Below are positions 1 to 13,060 of a DNA stretch of 64,000 nucleotides, one piece after another. The stretch's first letter is position 1; every line of letters begins with the position of its first letter. Location of the stretch: the NCBI GenBank assembly GCA_044892525.1, contig CM097886.1:164040312-164104311 (forward strand), given 5' to 3'. The notes below the pieces were generated by a model. It was not told where the DNA came from. It saw nothing but the letters and a program-made list of their open reading frames with translations, and ran no database searches. The translations under genes and the position numbers were made by a program. This DNA is from Schmidtea polychroa. Taxonomy: Eukaryota.

Positions 1-139
1 ATATAGTTTTTGCATTAATGACATTAATTTTTGTATAAACCATTTTTTTAATTTAAATTGATTGTTTTTTAGTAATTTTTATAAAAATTTAATGGGAGGA
101 ATAATTTTTTATTAATAAAAGGATCGACTCAAATTCCTC

Positions 140-184
140 TTGCAATCGACCAGTCGATCGAGATCGACTGGCTGAGCACTCCTG
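140..184. mobile_element. Right end of a hAT (Charlie/Buster-type) element entering from left of the window
   Basis: Ends GCTGAGCACTCCTG (reverse complement CAGGAGTGCTCAGC, a hAT-like terminal inverted repeat, TIR). Subterminal CGACCAGTCGATCG..CGACTGG resembles the left subterminus of the 2387 element. Followed by CTATAGAT (central TA, hAT-like target). The other end is not identifiable. Confidence 0.55.
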
Positions 185-1982
185 CTATAGATGAATGTAA
201 AAAATCACTGATAGATAAATAGTTGCACACAAGCACGGTTCACAAAATTTCTTACTTATTCATTTTCTTCTCACAGTAATATTTATCACCTACTTATGTA
301 TTAATTTAATGTTAATTTTGTCAATGGCACACACGCATCTATTATTGGTTATTTTTATTTATATTATTGAAACTCTTGTCATTTAACCTCTTATCATTTG
401 CGATTTGATGTATATGACGTTATTTTATAAAACTAGGTGTACTTGGTTAAGTATTATGTAGAGTTGTAGAGATTTGGTGAAGTAGTTGGTTATTTAGTAA
501 TGTTGGTCAGTTTGTTTTTTTGTGATTTTTATGTAAAACTAAGATGCTAAAATATGCAGTATTTGGTTATTCTGGTGGTTTTTCTTCAGTAAATAAGGTT
601 GGTAATTTAGGTTACAAAATAAATTAAAATGGCCACAAAATTTCATTTAAAATGAAACACATTTCAAATGTTTTGCAGAACCCGGTAACAAGAAAAGTTT
701 AAATATTATTTATTAGCTACTTATTCTTAATGAGTAGTAAAGAGTTAGTGATTCAGAATCATTACACTATTATTCCTATTTTTCGGAAGATACATCTGAA
801 TTTTAAATTAAATTTTAAATAATTTGCAGAAGAAATTACTCGTCAATTTCGAGTAATAAAATCAACTCAGAATTTTATAATTGTTTTTAAAACTTTGCAA
901 TTAATCCAGTAGAAAATTTTTTCAAATTCCAAAAATATTATTTATTCAACGCCAAAATAATTTTAATATTCAAAATCAATATTAAAATTAGACAGTTTTG
1001 TTTTATTAAATTCAAAATTCCTGCAATTATAACGCGCTCATTGTGTACCATACTCAATATCATTATGTATCCCTGATATATTCATTTTCCCAGATATATT
1101 TTGACAATTTTATTTCCTATCTTGCTGTGTCGGTGAAGTTGTAAATATAATTAATTCAAACTTGATTTTGCAATTATTTTTGAAAGTTCAAGATTTTCAC
1201 TGGATATTTTATTATTGCTAATTAACGGAGATTGAAAATCGGAAATCTGGCTTTTAATAGTTGATTAAAATAGAATCAGTTGAGTTTTTAGTGAAAAATT
1301 GCAAATTAGCTTAATATATTTTTATTTGGTTGTATTATTATTTCTCATTCTTGTCACTGCGTTTTGATTGGATATTGTAAATTGAATTCATTTATAGTAG
1401 ACTTGTTGAAATTATTATATAGTAGTTAGAAACCTCAGGCTAAATTTAAAACTTAAATATTCTAATATTTTTATTGTGATATATATTATCAGAACCATTT
1501 GAAGAATTATTTCTGATATATAATTCGTATCTGATTCTCACCCTACCTTAGAAATCTTAGTTTCTTTAGATGACTAATGAATTTTAAATTTTTATTAGTG
1601 ATTTCAATAAAATACTTTATTTTTTGATTACTTTTGACCTGTTTATTATATTTTAATTATTTTCATTTTGACAAAAGATCAAGATGTTTAATTTTTATAA
1701 ATATGCTCAATGCAAACTTTTGGGCTTGCCTTTATTATAAACACTTGATAAGGGCAAGGTCAAAATTTTGGTTTGAATATAATTATAAAATATAAAAGTT
1801 ATTGTAAATCAATTAATAATATTAAACTCGTGTGCAACTGTTTTTGGAAAATAAAACTTTCAATTGTTGGGTATTATTATTGTAAGAGTGAAGACGAAGA
1901 GTCAAATATTGAAGTTTCCCTTCCAAAAGCATTTTATATCAATTCATTCAAATATTGTTCATTATAACAGATTGGTTAATAG

Positions 1983-2181
1983 ATTTAAAATGGGATTCAA
2001 ATCATTCTTTCGTTGGTGTCCTTTTGTTACTTGGCCTTTGGCACAAACAGAACTGAAGACGCAGACCAATCGCAGTTGTGACTATTTTAAAGGCAATAAC
2101 GATCTTACCTCTAACGGAACAGAGAGGTTACTTGTAGAAAACGAAAAAAACGTCGTAACTAGTAATATAACTGTTCTATGA
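1983..2181 (+). CDS. Terminal coding exon of a tachykinin-receptor-like class A GPCR (upstream exons not found in window)
   Basis: Peptide (R)FKMGFKSFFRWCPFV resembles helix 8 of tachykinin receptors (RFRAGFKRAFRWCPF type). AG acceptor at 1981-1982 splits the Arg codon; alternative AG at 1969-1970. Stop at 2181; AATAAA at ~2252. Confidence 0.6.
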
Positions 2182-2386
2182 AGACATTGTAAATGTTTTT
2201 TATTGATAAGTATTATTAAATAATGTCATCTTTGTTGCTATTTTGTTTGAGAATAAAACTTTTAATATTTTTAATTATTTACTTATTATTATTGGTAAGT
2301 TATATCTCATTATGATTTGCTAAACATTCAAGTATATATCTGTGTTGAATAGGTTATTATTATGTAATAATGAATATGCTATATGA

Positions 2387-5039
2387 CAGGGCTGGCAAAA
2401 GCGTCGACCGCGGTCGACTGGTCGACCGCGTAGCTATCGAAAGTAGCCCGCTAGCACTATGGAAAATTGCATATAAAAATCAGTTTTTTATTTATTGAAT
2501 TTCTAACTTTATAAACATATTTAAAATAAGTTTCGATTCATATGACAAAAAAATTCCAATAAGAAACATAATATTAGTCAGATAACACTCAGAGTGTAGT
2601 AAATTTTTAGTTTGAAATTCAAATATATACAGTTAGCTAATAATCAGAATAAATTTCATGTGTTTGAACAAGTAGGCCATAAAATAAAAGCAAAACATTG
2701 ACGCTACAATCTTCGATAAGGAATAAAAAAATAAAAAACAACCAAAATAAAATGCAACAAACGTGTGTTTGTCTATTTCAATTTTGAAATCAAATTGTTT
2801 TCGTTAGAAAAATTTGAAAGCTTGAAGTATTCAGTATTGAATAATACCTGCTTATAATATTAATTTCAAAATTTTTTTATTAAAAAAAATTCTTTATAAA
2901 AGTTAACATTTTTAATTTTTGAGTATGTAAGTGTGTTTAACATTAACTTTCATATTTAATTTATTTTAGCTTTTATTATTTTCTTGTTTTAGCCCCAATG
3001 ACACAACCGGCCAAAAAAACTAAAACGTACCATTATAATACTGAATGGGAACAGGAATTTTTTTCATAATGATGAAAGATAAGTGTGTTTGTCTCATTTG
3101 TAATTCAAACGTAGCACTACCTAAAAGAGCTAACGTTGAACGACATTTTCGAACAGTGCACAAACAGTATGAAATTGACTTTCCATTACATTCCGAGGTA
3201 CGAAAAGACAAAGTCAAGCAGTTAAAGTCTCAATTAGGTGCACAACAAACTTTTTTTACGAAATTTAACTCAAAATCAAAAACAGCTACCCTAGCATCAT
3301 TCAAGGTAGTTAATATTTTGATGAAACATAAAAATCCTTTTGGAGATGGCGAAATATGGAAACAGGCGTTTGTTGAAGCTGGTGAGGTGTTATTCAAAGA
3401 TTTTAAAAATAAATCCGAAATAATGGATTGTATCAACAATATGTCATTGACGCGCAATACTAGCACGCAAAGAATGGTGGACATTAGCAAAAACTTGGAA
3501 GATATTTTGCGGCAAGATATTCGAAAATGCCGCTTTTTCTCTTTGCAATTTGATGAATCTACAGATTTCACTGATACTGCGCAACTATGCATCTTCATTC
3601 GAATGGTTTTTGATGATATGTCAACCAGAGAAGAATTATTGACTATTCTTCCAATGAAAGGACAAACAAGGGGTCAAGATATTTACAATTTATTCAAGTC
3701 TTTTATAAGTCGCACCCATTTCCCGATTCACAAGTTGGTATCAATTACCACGGATGGAGCTCCGTCTATGATCGGAAAACATGTCGGATTTGTAACACTT
3801 TGCAAAAATGATGAAGAAATTCTCAGTTTTCATTCGTATCATTGCATTATCCACCAGCAAACCTTATGCTCCAAAGTGTTGAACTCTAACTATGTAATGA
3901 ATATTGCGTTTAAAATAGTAAATTCGATACGTGCAAGAAGTCTACAACGACGTCAATTTCGAACTTTGCTTGAACAATGTGAAATTGAAAATACTGAATT
4001 ATTGTTACACGCGGATGTAAGATGGCTTAGCCGTGCAGCATTTTTAAAACGATTTAGAGATCTTTTGCCCGGAATAAAACAGTTTTTGACTGGAAGAGAA
4101 AAATTATATCCCGAACTGGAGGATAAAAGTTGGCTGATAAATCTTGCCTTTCTTTGCGACATTACAGAGCACCTGAATAAATTAAATTTACAGCTTCAGG
4201 GGAGACACAAATCAATTCTTGACATGATAACGGCAGTAAAGACGTTTAAAGAGAAACTGTCCTTGTTTGTGCGTCAACTAGAACGGGGTGATTTGAAACA
4301 TTTTAAAAACATGGAAGAAGAATCCAAAAATGCGCCAGGAATTCTTTACGATAAATATACAAATCAAATTACTACCCTTTTAAATGAATTTAACACACGT
4401 TTCGCAGATTTATCTAAAATTGCAAATATTGCTATGTTCATGTCATTCCCGTTTAATGATGTTATTGATACAGAGGAGATCGCTACTCAGATTAATGAAT
4501 TTCTGGATTCAGATTCAGCTTGCTTAGAAGATGAGATAATAGCGTTGAAAAGCGACATTTACTTAAAATCAAGAGCTACAACCGAAGATAATTTTTGGAA
4601 TCTTATTTCAGAAGAAAAATATCCAATTTTGCGGAGAGTAGTTGGATATATGTCCGCATTTTTTGGATCCACCTATCTTTGTGAATCAGCCTTTTCTTCA
4701 ATGAATGTCATTAAAACAAAACATCGATCTTGTTTGACAGATGATCATTTGGAATCATGCTTGCGGATCGCCATAAGCTCCTATTGCCCGAAATACGAAG
4801 AACTTGCTGATAAGATGCAGTGCCACGTATCAGGTGCAAGTAGTAGCAGTAAATAATATTATATTAAGATATGTTTACGTTCTAGTAAAGTATTATAAGT
4901 TTTTTTCTAATTCGTTTTGTATTTAAATAGAATAAATAGAATAACTACAGGTAACAATTGAAAATAGTTTTTCTGGTAGACCGCCAGATTTAATTTAGTT
5001 AAAAGTCGCCCGCAAGACTTGAAAGTTTTGCCACCCCTG
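2387..5039 (+). mobile_element. Full-length hAT DNA transposon (GTF2IRD2/SPIN/Charlie-like), 2653 bp
   Basis: TIRs CAGGGCTGGCAAAA / TTTTGCCACCCCTG (13/14 match). Perfect 8-bp TSD CTATATGA at 2379-2386 and 5040-5047. Internal transposase ORF. Confidence 0.97.
2998..4856 (+). CDS. hAT transposase; open for 603 aa from 3045, with the native start probably at ATG 2998 and a 1-nt frameshift in the T-run at 3058-3064
   Basis: BED-like CVCLIC..RH; FSLQFDESTD, ITTDGAPSM, HCIIHQ, VRWLSR and CESAFS motifs, so the DDE triad appears intact. Probable 5'UTR intron GTAAGT(2927)..TTTTAG(2992) ends 5 nt before ATG 2998. Confidence 0.92.
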
Positions 5040-6289
5040 CTATATGAGATATGGTTCAGATTTACAATAACACACGCACACATCAAATCATGCATAATAA
5101 CTATCAATTAAATAATTTCATTATTAGATTGCTTATAAGTTATAACCTTCATTTTTCAGATTTCCTCTCACAACAGTGATGATAGAAGTTTATTCTTTGG
5201 ACAAATTTTTTATGAATTTTGTATTTCTAGTTTCTATAAAATTAATTTCATATAGCTTTATATCTTCGTTGTTTTACTAATGAGCTAATAATGTTTCTTT
5301 GATTTTTATTTGTATTTTATTTTTATTTTGCGTTGAAATAAATGAATTTGATTGAATTACTGACTGAATTATGTCCATTTTGGTTTTATATGGTATTTTA
5401 GGAATCCGATTTTCCTTATAAATCGAGGAATAGTGATATAATGTTTGATAAAACACTTTTTCATTACATGATGTTGTTGGTATTCCAGATTATTATTACC
5501 AAAGTTGATTATCAAATGATAAACTGAAATAGCGAATTCTGCTCTGAGCTCGATGTACTGTATGTTTTTATAGTCGATGACAACTATGAAATTCTTCTTA
5601 GTCCCAATGACTTTTAGAGGTGATTTGACTTAGGAAACGTTGGTTAATATACTAATCTTTTTTTATTCTTGACTTTAAGTGGCAGTTTTCACTTTTCTTC
5701 GATTTTAATAGCAAAGTGTTTTATTCTGCTCTCTATGGACGTGTGCCATGTCATTTAAATTATTTCAAAAATCATTTTCATTTTTAAAATATCCTCAACA
5801 ATATTATTCAAATAATGATCAAATAATATTAATAATTTTAAATAAATTATTTCATACTGTTACGACGCTCACCTGACCCCCTAATAGTCTTATTTGGGGA
5901 AAATCATCATGTCAATAGATTGCAAAGACACACGACCTCTATAATGAATATTTGTCAACATATTTAAAAACATATTTAAAATCGAGTTAAATCTGAATTT
6001 GAATTTAAAATTCAAATTCAAAATCAAAATCAAATTCAATAAATCAAATATATCTAAAATGTACAATGAATTGAACAAATTAAATAACAGTAATTTTTTT
6101 AAAAATTAATTAGAATATTATTAATAACTAGCATAAAGTGATGATTTCTTGGTGGCAGCATTTATTATTTAAAACAATAAAGTGATAATTTAAACATTTT
6201 GCTGCGAATAATGTATTTAATGTTTTAATTAATAACTAGGTTCTGAATAAATTAACTAAGTATAAAAAGGTGAATATTATCTTTTGTCA

Positions 6290-6475
6290 AAGCATTAACA
6301 CCGAGTGGAGAATCGGTCAAACTTGAACCTTGATTATTGATTATTTATTGTCGAGAAAAATATATTTTTGTGATTCAAATATACGTTGGGTAGTTTATTG
6401 TTTTGATTAAAAGGACACGAGGAGTCAGAGGTTACCGACTTAAATTACCTAAAACCCAATAATAATATTAATAAT

Positions 6476-6529
<54 letters not shown>

Positions 6530-6535
6530 TCAACA
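6290..6535 (+). mobile_element. Possible 3' end of an LTR related to the 19076/51076 family, with an expanded (AAT)n inside its terminus
   Basis: AAAGGACACGAGGAGTCAGAGGTTAC resembles AAAGACATGCTTGGAGTCAGAGTAAC near the LTR ends at ~19900 and ~58760. Ends ...CAACA after the microsatellite. The 5' end and TSD were not established. Confidence 0.35.
6458..6530. repeat. (AAT)n microsatellite
   Basis: Direct observation: ~24 near-perfect units. Confidence 0.95.
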
Positions 6536-9500
6536 ATCAAGCACTTACAACCTAGTACCAACAAACACATAAAAAAGATACAATAAAAGAAAATATAGAT
6601 ACAATTGATTACTGCTATCTGATACAACATCCAGTTACTAACAACTAAGCAACTTCATACACTTTTATGCAAATATGCAAATAGATAAAAGGCAAAAACT
6701 TATAAAATTTCAAAATTAAAATTTTAAATAAATTTATGTATTCCAAGGGATTCCATACGGATAACAAGCTTTGAAATGAACATAGATCAAATAAAAATAT
6801 AATTAAAAATATTATATCAAAACTTCTTGACTTTTAATAAAATTTTCTGAGTTGAGTCTTATTTTGATAATTGAAGCAGAGCACAAGAAGTCAATACCAA
6901 CTTTAATAATAATATTCCAACAAACTCAAGGAACTAATAATGAATCATTGCTAAATGTGGTTATTTCCCCTAAGATATTGTAATTTCCCTTAAAACACTG
7001 ATATTTTACCAATAAAAACTCCCTAACACATAATTATCTGCTTAAACATAGATATTCAACAAACTAAACCTCCCTTAAAAGATCATATATTTCCACCTTA
7101 ATATCCAATTGATCCTTCATCAAATGACTATAATTTTACTAATATTTCACCCAATTAATCATAAAATACCTAACTGGAGATCATAACTTCTCATTGATAC
7201 CTTACCATAATTCACCGATTTTCCTATTGATATTCAAACAGTTCTAGCCTGATAACCAAATCACAAATCCGTGCAAATTGGTGTAGGGTTGCTGTATATA
7301 TTGTATGTGTTTGTATTTTATTTTATTTTTCTGCCTTTATATAGAAGTCTGTAATTTATGTCGGCGCCCTTAATTTTTGTCCTTATTTCAAATGTGCTTA
7401 TTTTTTCTATATATAAATTAATTATTATATTAAATTAATTACTATACCGTAATACCACAAGCACTCAGAACTGCAGTATTGTTACCTAACAGCAGCTAAT
7501 TACCAATAAGCACATGAGGTGCGCACCTATTTTTTTTTAAGTATTTAAGTATTTCGTACCCTGACAGAAGTCCCACAAGTACAGCATGCCTCTGTGTGAT
7601 ACAAAAGTTCAATTTCTTCTGTATATCTGAAAGTGGCCTCAGAAAATTGGATATTAATTTTGTCCAATGAGAATCAAGAATTTCATGCCAGCACGCAATT
7701 AATATTTTAAAAAAAATTTCTAATAAAATTAATCTGACACTTGATAAAGAGAGCCGAAAAATCACCACCAAACACAAAAAAATTATTAGTAAAAAATTAA
7801 AATTCAAAATTTTATTTAACTAAAACATTTCAATATTATTTTTCAGTTTCAAAGTATTTTTATTTCTTTTAATTTGTACAATTATGCTTAACAATTCTGG
7901 ATTGGGAAATTCCACTTTTATTATCAGCTTATCTATTAACATTGTCATTTTCATCTGATAAATAACTTTTATATTTGAGGCAATTCAATTGATTATCTAG
8001 TTGGAAATATTAACTATCAATTGTAAACTTTTTAAGTTGCTACAATGTTTAGTTTTTTTAATATAATACTGCTAGGAAACTTTATAATTTGATTGTAAAA
8101 TGTCATTTATCTTTTGGTATTCATTAAAAAATTGGGATAAATTACAAAATAAAACGCAGTATTGTTAAAAACTTTTTCTGTTTTATTGTTCATCGTAGAA
8201 GATAACTTTTTATTCTAGCAGTTAATTAGAAACACCATAATAAAATTTTGAAATAAATTTTAGCCAAATAGAAATATTTAAACAAATATCAAAAAAAAAT
8301 ATTATTAATTTTAATAATAACTTTATAAAATGTAATCTCAAAAAGGATTAAATTAGTTTTCATATTTAATTATTAATGATGTTTAAATAATTGATTGTTG
8401 GTACTTTTATCAAACGAGAAATTGTAATGAATAAGCTTATGACGGAAATCTAAACTTAAAATAATTTGGATTTAACTAGCGACCACATTGAAAATAAAAA
8501 GATCAACGCAAAATTTATAATCAACTAAATCGTTAATGTTATGTTTACCAAAATTATGTCTTGATATGTCAGTCTAAACATCCGACAAGATGATGAACGA
8601 GAAGACATTGTGCAAGATTCCATTGTAAATAAAGCACGTGATATGAGATTGATGGAAATATTGTTGACGAAACCAGAAAAAAAATTGAAAAACGGATAAC
8701 TGGCGAAAATTTTTGAGAGTTATAAAAATGGAAACAATAGAACCAAATTTGTTAAAGTTGTCGGTCATACAATATATGCTAACATGAATTTGAAATGGTA
8801 GATGAGGGATCAGGTGAATTCCCAATATTTTGGATATATACCACAACCAAGAAGTTTATCAGAAGAGCTAATTCGTTATCATGAATAAATGAGAAACGAA
8901 AATCACATAAGTAAATGTCTTTGTTCTGGGGAAGGGTTAAGTCTTTGTTTATTGGTCTTTAAAACATTTTTGACGATGACTCATAGTTCTTTGTTCTCCA
9001 AAAGAACCATGGTTCATAATATCTTTATTCCCGCGGGCTCACAACTCACTTGAATGCCTAGGTCAATTAATATATACGGCACCCTTCTACTTTAAAGTAG
9101 ATTTTTCTATACTCTTTGACTTGAATCTCAATGTGAAGGCCTGTAATTTTTCACGACACATCTAAAAAATAATAATGTATTTTATGAAATGAGTGAGCCT
9201 GTTTTCAAGTCTTAAAATGGTCGGTTTTCACGATTTATACGGGAAAAATTAAAAAAATATTTATTGTAGAAAAGTTTACTGAATTTCTCGATAAGAAAGT
9301 CAGAAAAATAAAATATTTTTTTAATATATTTTAAATTATCTGCAAAGTTATTTAACATTTTATTCATCTTAAATTTCATTTATCTTGATTTAATTTTCGA
9401 CTATAAATCAATATTTTTTATATTTAACCTAAATTTTTGACAATATCATTTGTAGAGACAATTAACTCGAATAAAGAATTTATTCAAATTAACATTGTGG

Positions 9501-9815
9501 TGGGTTACAGGTACTGAAAATCTTTACCCCCTCATGCTGTTTCCAGCGCAACCCAGAATACAATTTATAGCTGACCACTTGATACCCGTTGAGCAATCAA
9601 CGTTGGTACTGTATCAAGGGTTTGGGCACTAGCAAAAAGTGAGCATGCCTAGCATACTATAATTGTCTAGTACCCACGAGGGTTCACGGACTGCCGATAA
9701 AAGGCCTATGTCCGTTTTTCTTTAGTCCCCATTCCGAAAATCGACATTATGGCAAATTCGAAATGCCCAGATATGAATACACCCGTAATATTTATTCACA
9801 ACACAAAATCAAAAC

Positions 9816-10276
9816 TCATAGGATTATAGTCGGTTCTTTCGGTGCAGACTCTGACGAAGTAGCCTTGAGCGTCACTTGGGCCTGACAGGCTTGGCGGATT
9901 TTCGCCCGCGCCGCTTTACCCGGCCGGATCTTCTTCTTCGAGATCTTCGACGCTGCGCATTCCTTTCGTTGGTGGAGTAGCTCATTCATAGGGCGGATCC
10001 TGGAGATGACCTCTCGATCAAGGTTTTGTTGGTGCGACTGGACCTCCAGCTCTCTCACTCTCAGGCGGAGGGCCCGCAACTCAACTTGATCTTGGGCGCT
10101 CTGGAGTTGCAATTGAGTGATTATTTTCATTCGCTTCTTCATCTCTGTGGGCGGGAACCAGGTGCTCTCGAAATTTCGGCAATGGGCCTTAAGTCGCATT
10201 AACTTGGCCCGATATTCTTCTACCTGTTGTTGCGCCCTCTCTCTGTCTGCTCTCATTTCTTCCAGGAGTTTTAACA
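9816..10276 (-). CDS. Antisense terminal exon 2 in LTR unit A: coiled-coil protein with a basic C-terminus (~163 aa if spliced to the 11304-11274 exon)
   Basis: Open 153-codon frame in a GC-rich island. Preceded by CTAAT branch point (10296-10292) and TTATTTCAG acceptor (phase 1). AATAAA on the minus strand ~20 nt after the stop. Confidence 0.6.
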
Positions 10277-10729
10277 CTGAAATAAGTAAAAATTAGTATC
10301 TTTTCGCACTTTCGTCAAGTATCCACGTTATATCGCTAACACCATTGTGGCATAAGCTGTAATCTCCCCGTCGCAGCCCGCATCAGTGCGCACCTAAACC
10401 CCAAATCCGGTCCTATGAGTTTCACTAAGATGTTATGAGGTTGGTAATAATAGTCAACATTTAGAGGAATATCAGTATATACGTATACAATAAGGGAATC
10501 CAAACAATTAGCTTAATATTAATAAACAAAACATAAAAGAATAACACTTTGCACATAGGTTAAAAGAAAATCACATACAGAATTGCATGACAACCACACT
10601 TTACACTGCGATGATAACGAAGTCGAGACATGCTAATCATTATAGTGAGTAAGATCATCATTATCAATTGTATCGGAAAGCGAGTCCACTCGAAGTCGTA
10701 TCACAAGGTGCGGATATTTGGCCCGGCGA

Positions 10730-11304
10730 TCATCTTGGTTGAGTTGGGCGGGTTTTCCGCGGACGCCCGCGTTTTCTCGCCGGTTCCGGTTCCCGTCGAG
10801 AAGTTCTTAGGCACTCCAGTCCCCGGCGAAGAGCTGCGATCCGCTTTGGGTGGCACTGGGCTCGGGCGTAGCCGTCGATGTCTTCCAACTCGCCGGCCAG
10901 GACTGATGTTTCGAGCCGGTCCAGTCGGTCCACTGCCTCCTTCACATTGTCGAAGGCGTCGCTCAGAGCCAGTGACGTATAGTTAATATACGGTTCGATC
11001 TTCGGGGTCACTGGAACCACATTCTGGTAGGTCCAATCGTGGATTTTGTACCATATCCACCGGGACCTTAGGCGAGCAACCTCTGCGTCCTCCCGTAATC
11101 GTACGACTTCGTCTGTCTCCTCGCGAGTTGGTTCGCGGCTTGAATCGGAGGATGAGGGTCCGGCCTGTGCGTTCCATTCCATGGTGTTGGACATATCTGC
11201 AATGATAAAAGAGGCATTTAGAACGTCTCCTGACTCTTCCACTACGGGGTTATTTCAATCCGTCTGAATATACCTTCAAAGTTACATTCTAATCTGATGT
11301 GCAT
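10730..11304 (-). CDS. Antisense gene in LTR unit A: exon 11304-11274 spliced to exon 11196-10730, ~165 aa with a C-terminal AT-hook
   Basis: ATG 11304, AG|GTATAT donor (phase 1), 77-nt intron, TTTTATCATTGCAG acceptor (phase 1). Open frame ends RKRGRPRKTRPTQPR (core AT-hook RGRP). Confidence 0.6.
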
Positions 11305-12737
11305 TTCGCCCAATCGACTATAGCCTTTGCATGCGGTTTAGTTTAAATTATGAGCCACTTTTCGTAATCGCTTTTATACCCCCTTCTACTAGCTTTAGTC
11401 GACTCTACCACCTTGCTTTAGGTTCGCGTACTAGAAATCCGAGTTTTATCATCCCGGTTTTCACTGGGTTGATAGTCCAAATGGATGACTTAACCTTAAC
11501 GAAATTTTTACGAAATAACTGTAAAGTCATTCTCGTCAATTTAATAGTCAATACCATAAAAGGGTAATTTATGAATTAAATCCAAAAATTAAGTATTAAT
11601 AAAATAAATCAAACGTCGCTACTACAGGTTGAATAATTAATATAAAAAAATTTAATTTATATTTTATAAATTCAATATTAAACTATCTGTTGTTTAAGTT
11701 AATTAAACAAAAATATTTTATTTGTTAATTTGATGAGTTAATTTTCACAAGGAAATCCGTTATTTATGGAGTTATTAGAATTTGGCTGCTCTAACCCACT
11801 ATGGGAAGTGGATGTCGCGAAGGGTATGAATTTGTATTCAGCTCTTTGTGAATCCCTGACCATAGTGGTTGTAAGCGGCTCTTTCCTCAGCTGGTGCTCG
11901 ATAGTAAGTTGAAGTTTTTATCTGTCGTAGTTGTATAATTTCAGGAATGGGTCTCTAATCCCTCGGTGTTTTGTATTTCAATCATCCACCGTATTGGAGC
12001 TATTACTGTTTAATGGAATCTAAAGCATGGCTATACTCCCAATTCGTGGCCATTTAGGGAAAGATTTTTGGAATTTCATGGTTGTTTCATGATTTTATTG
12101 ATCTATGCTACATGAATTTAAAGTGAAAATTGGGACTCGAGTTTTTCTGAGTTGTCCCCTTCTAGACATTCCTTAATATTACCAGTAAGATTCCTTTTGT
12201 GATTAGAATGGTTTTGTAAACAAAATTTTTGGATTTTATTAAATACATTTTCGCTTTTGTTAATTCCTATTTAAGTAATTTTGTTTGACGTAAGTTAATA
12301 CTTATCGAGTAATTTTGTTAACTCCTCATGAGAACCTATATAGTTAGAATCACGACTGGTTATTATTCCTTACCTTTGGTCCTATTGAGTGGGTATTCCG
12401 ATTCAGATCGTCATTTTCGGGGACTAGGCTCCGTGGCTTACACGCGATCTACTTCTGGGGTAACAAGGGTTAAATTCGCATGGGTGAGATAGGTTTCATC
12501 GAAAGATTAGAGTTTCGACTGACATGGTCGATGGCGATTGGCTCGTGTAGGGGAGAGTAGGTGCCACCTATTCGGTCAGTTAGGAGTAGTGCGTAGGGGG
12601 TAACCCTTGGTTTGCAGGGTTGTTACTAATAATAGAAGCGGTATTATTGGTCTAACTCTGAGGGGAAGAAAAAAAAATCAATACTGTCGGTTTCGAATTT
12701 TCCTATTAATAGTAACGTGCTATTGATAATCATGTTA

Positions 12738-12738
12738 C

Positions 12739-12773
<35 letters not shown>

Positions 12774-13060
12774 TTAAGGGTAATAATAATAATAATAAAA
12801 ATAATAATAATAGTAATAATGAATTAATAGTATTAGTAATGATAATAATAATGGTAATGATAATAATAATGATAATAACAATAATAATTTTTAATAATAA
12901 TGATTATAATAATAGAAATAGTAATAATAGTGATACATTACCAATAATAATAATGATAATACTAATAATAATAATAATAACGATAATCATAATCGTAACA
13001 TTAAAGATAATACAATAGCAATGCTAATAATGGCAATAACGATAAGGTTAATCCTGATAA
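12738..13060. repeat. Degenerate (AAT)n tract inside LTR unit A
   Basis: Pure AAT run grading into near-variant triplets (GAT, AGT, ACT, AAC, CAT). Confidence 0.9.

Noticed and set aside
8570-8930. Purine-rich, coding-like stretch on + (NIRQDDEREDIVQD..)
   Set aside because: Interrupted by stops, with no recognisable motif or termini; probably an old TE fragment that cannot be assigned.
10630-11267. Plus-strand ORFs 10630..10986 and 11046..11267, and minus ORF 10983..11177
   Set aside because: Shadows of the GC-rich minus-strand ORF 10730..11242; GC-rich DNA has few stops and these lack splice or domain support.
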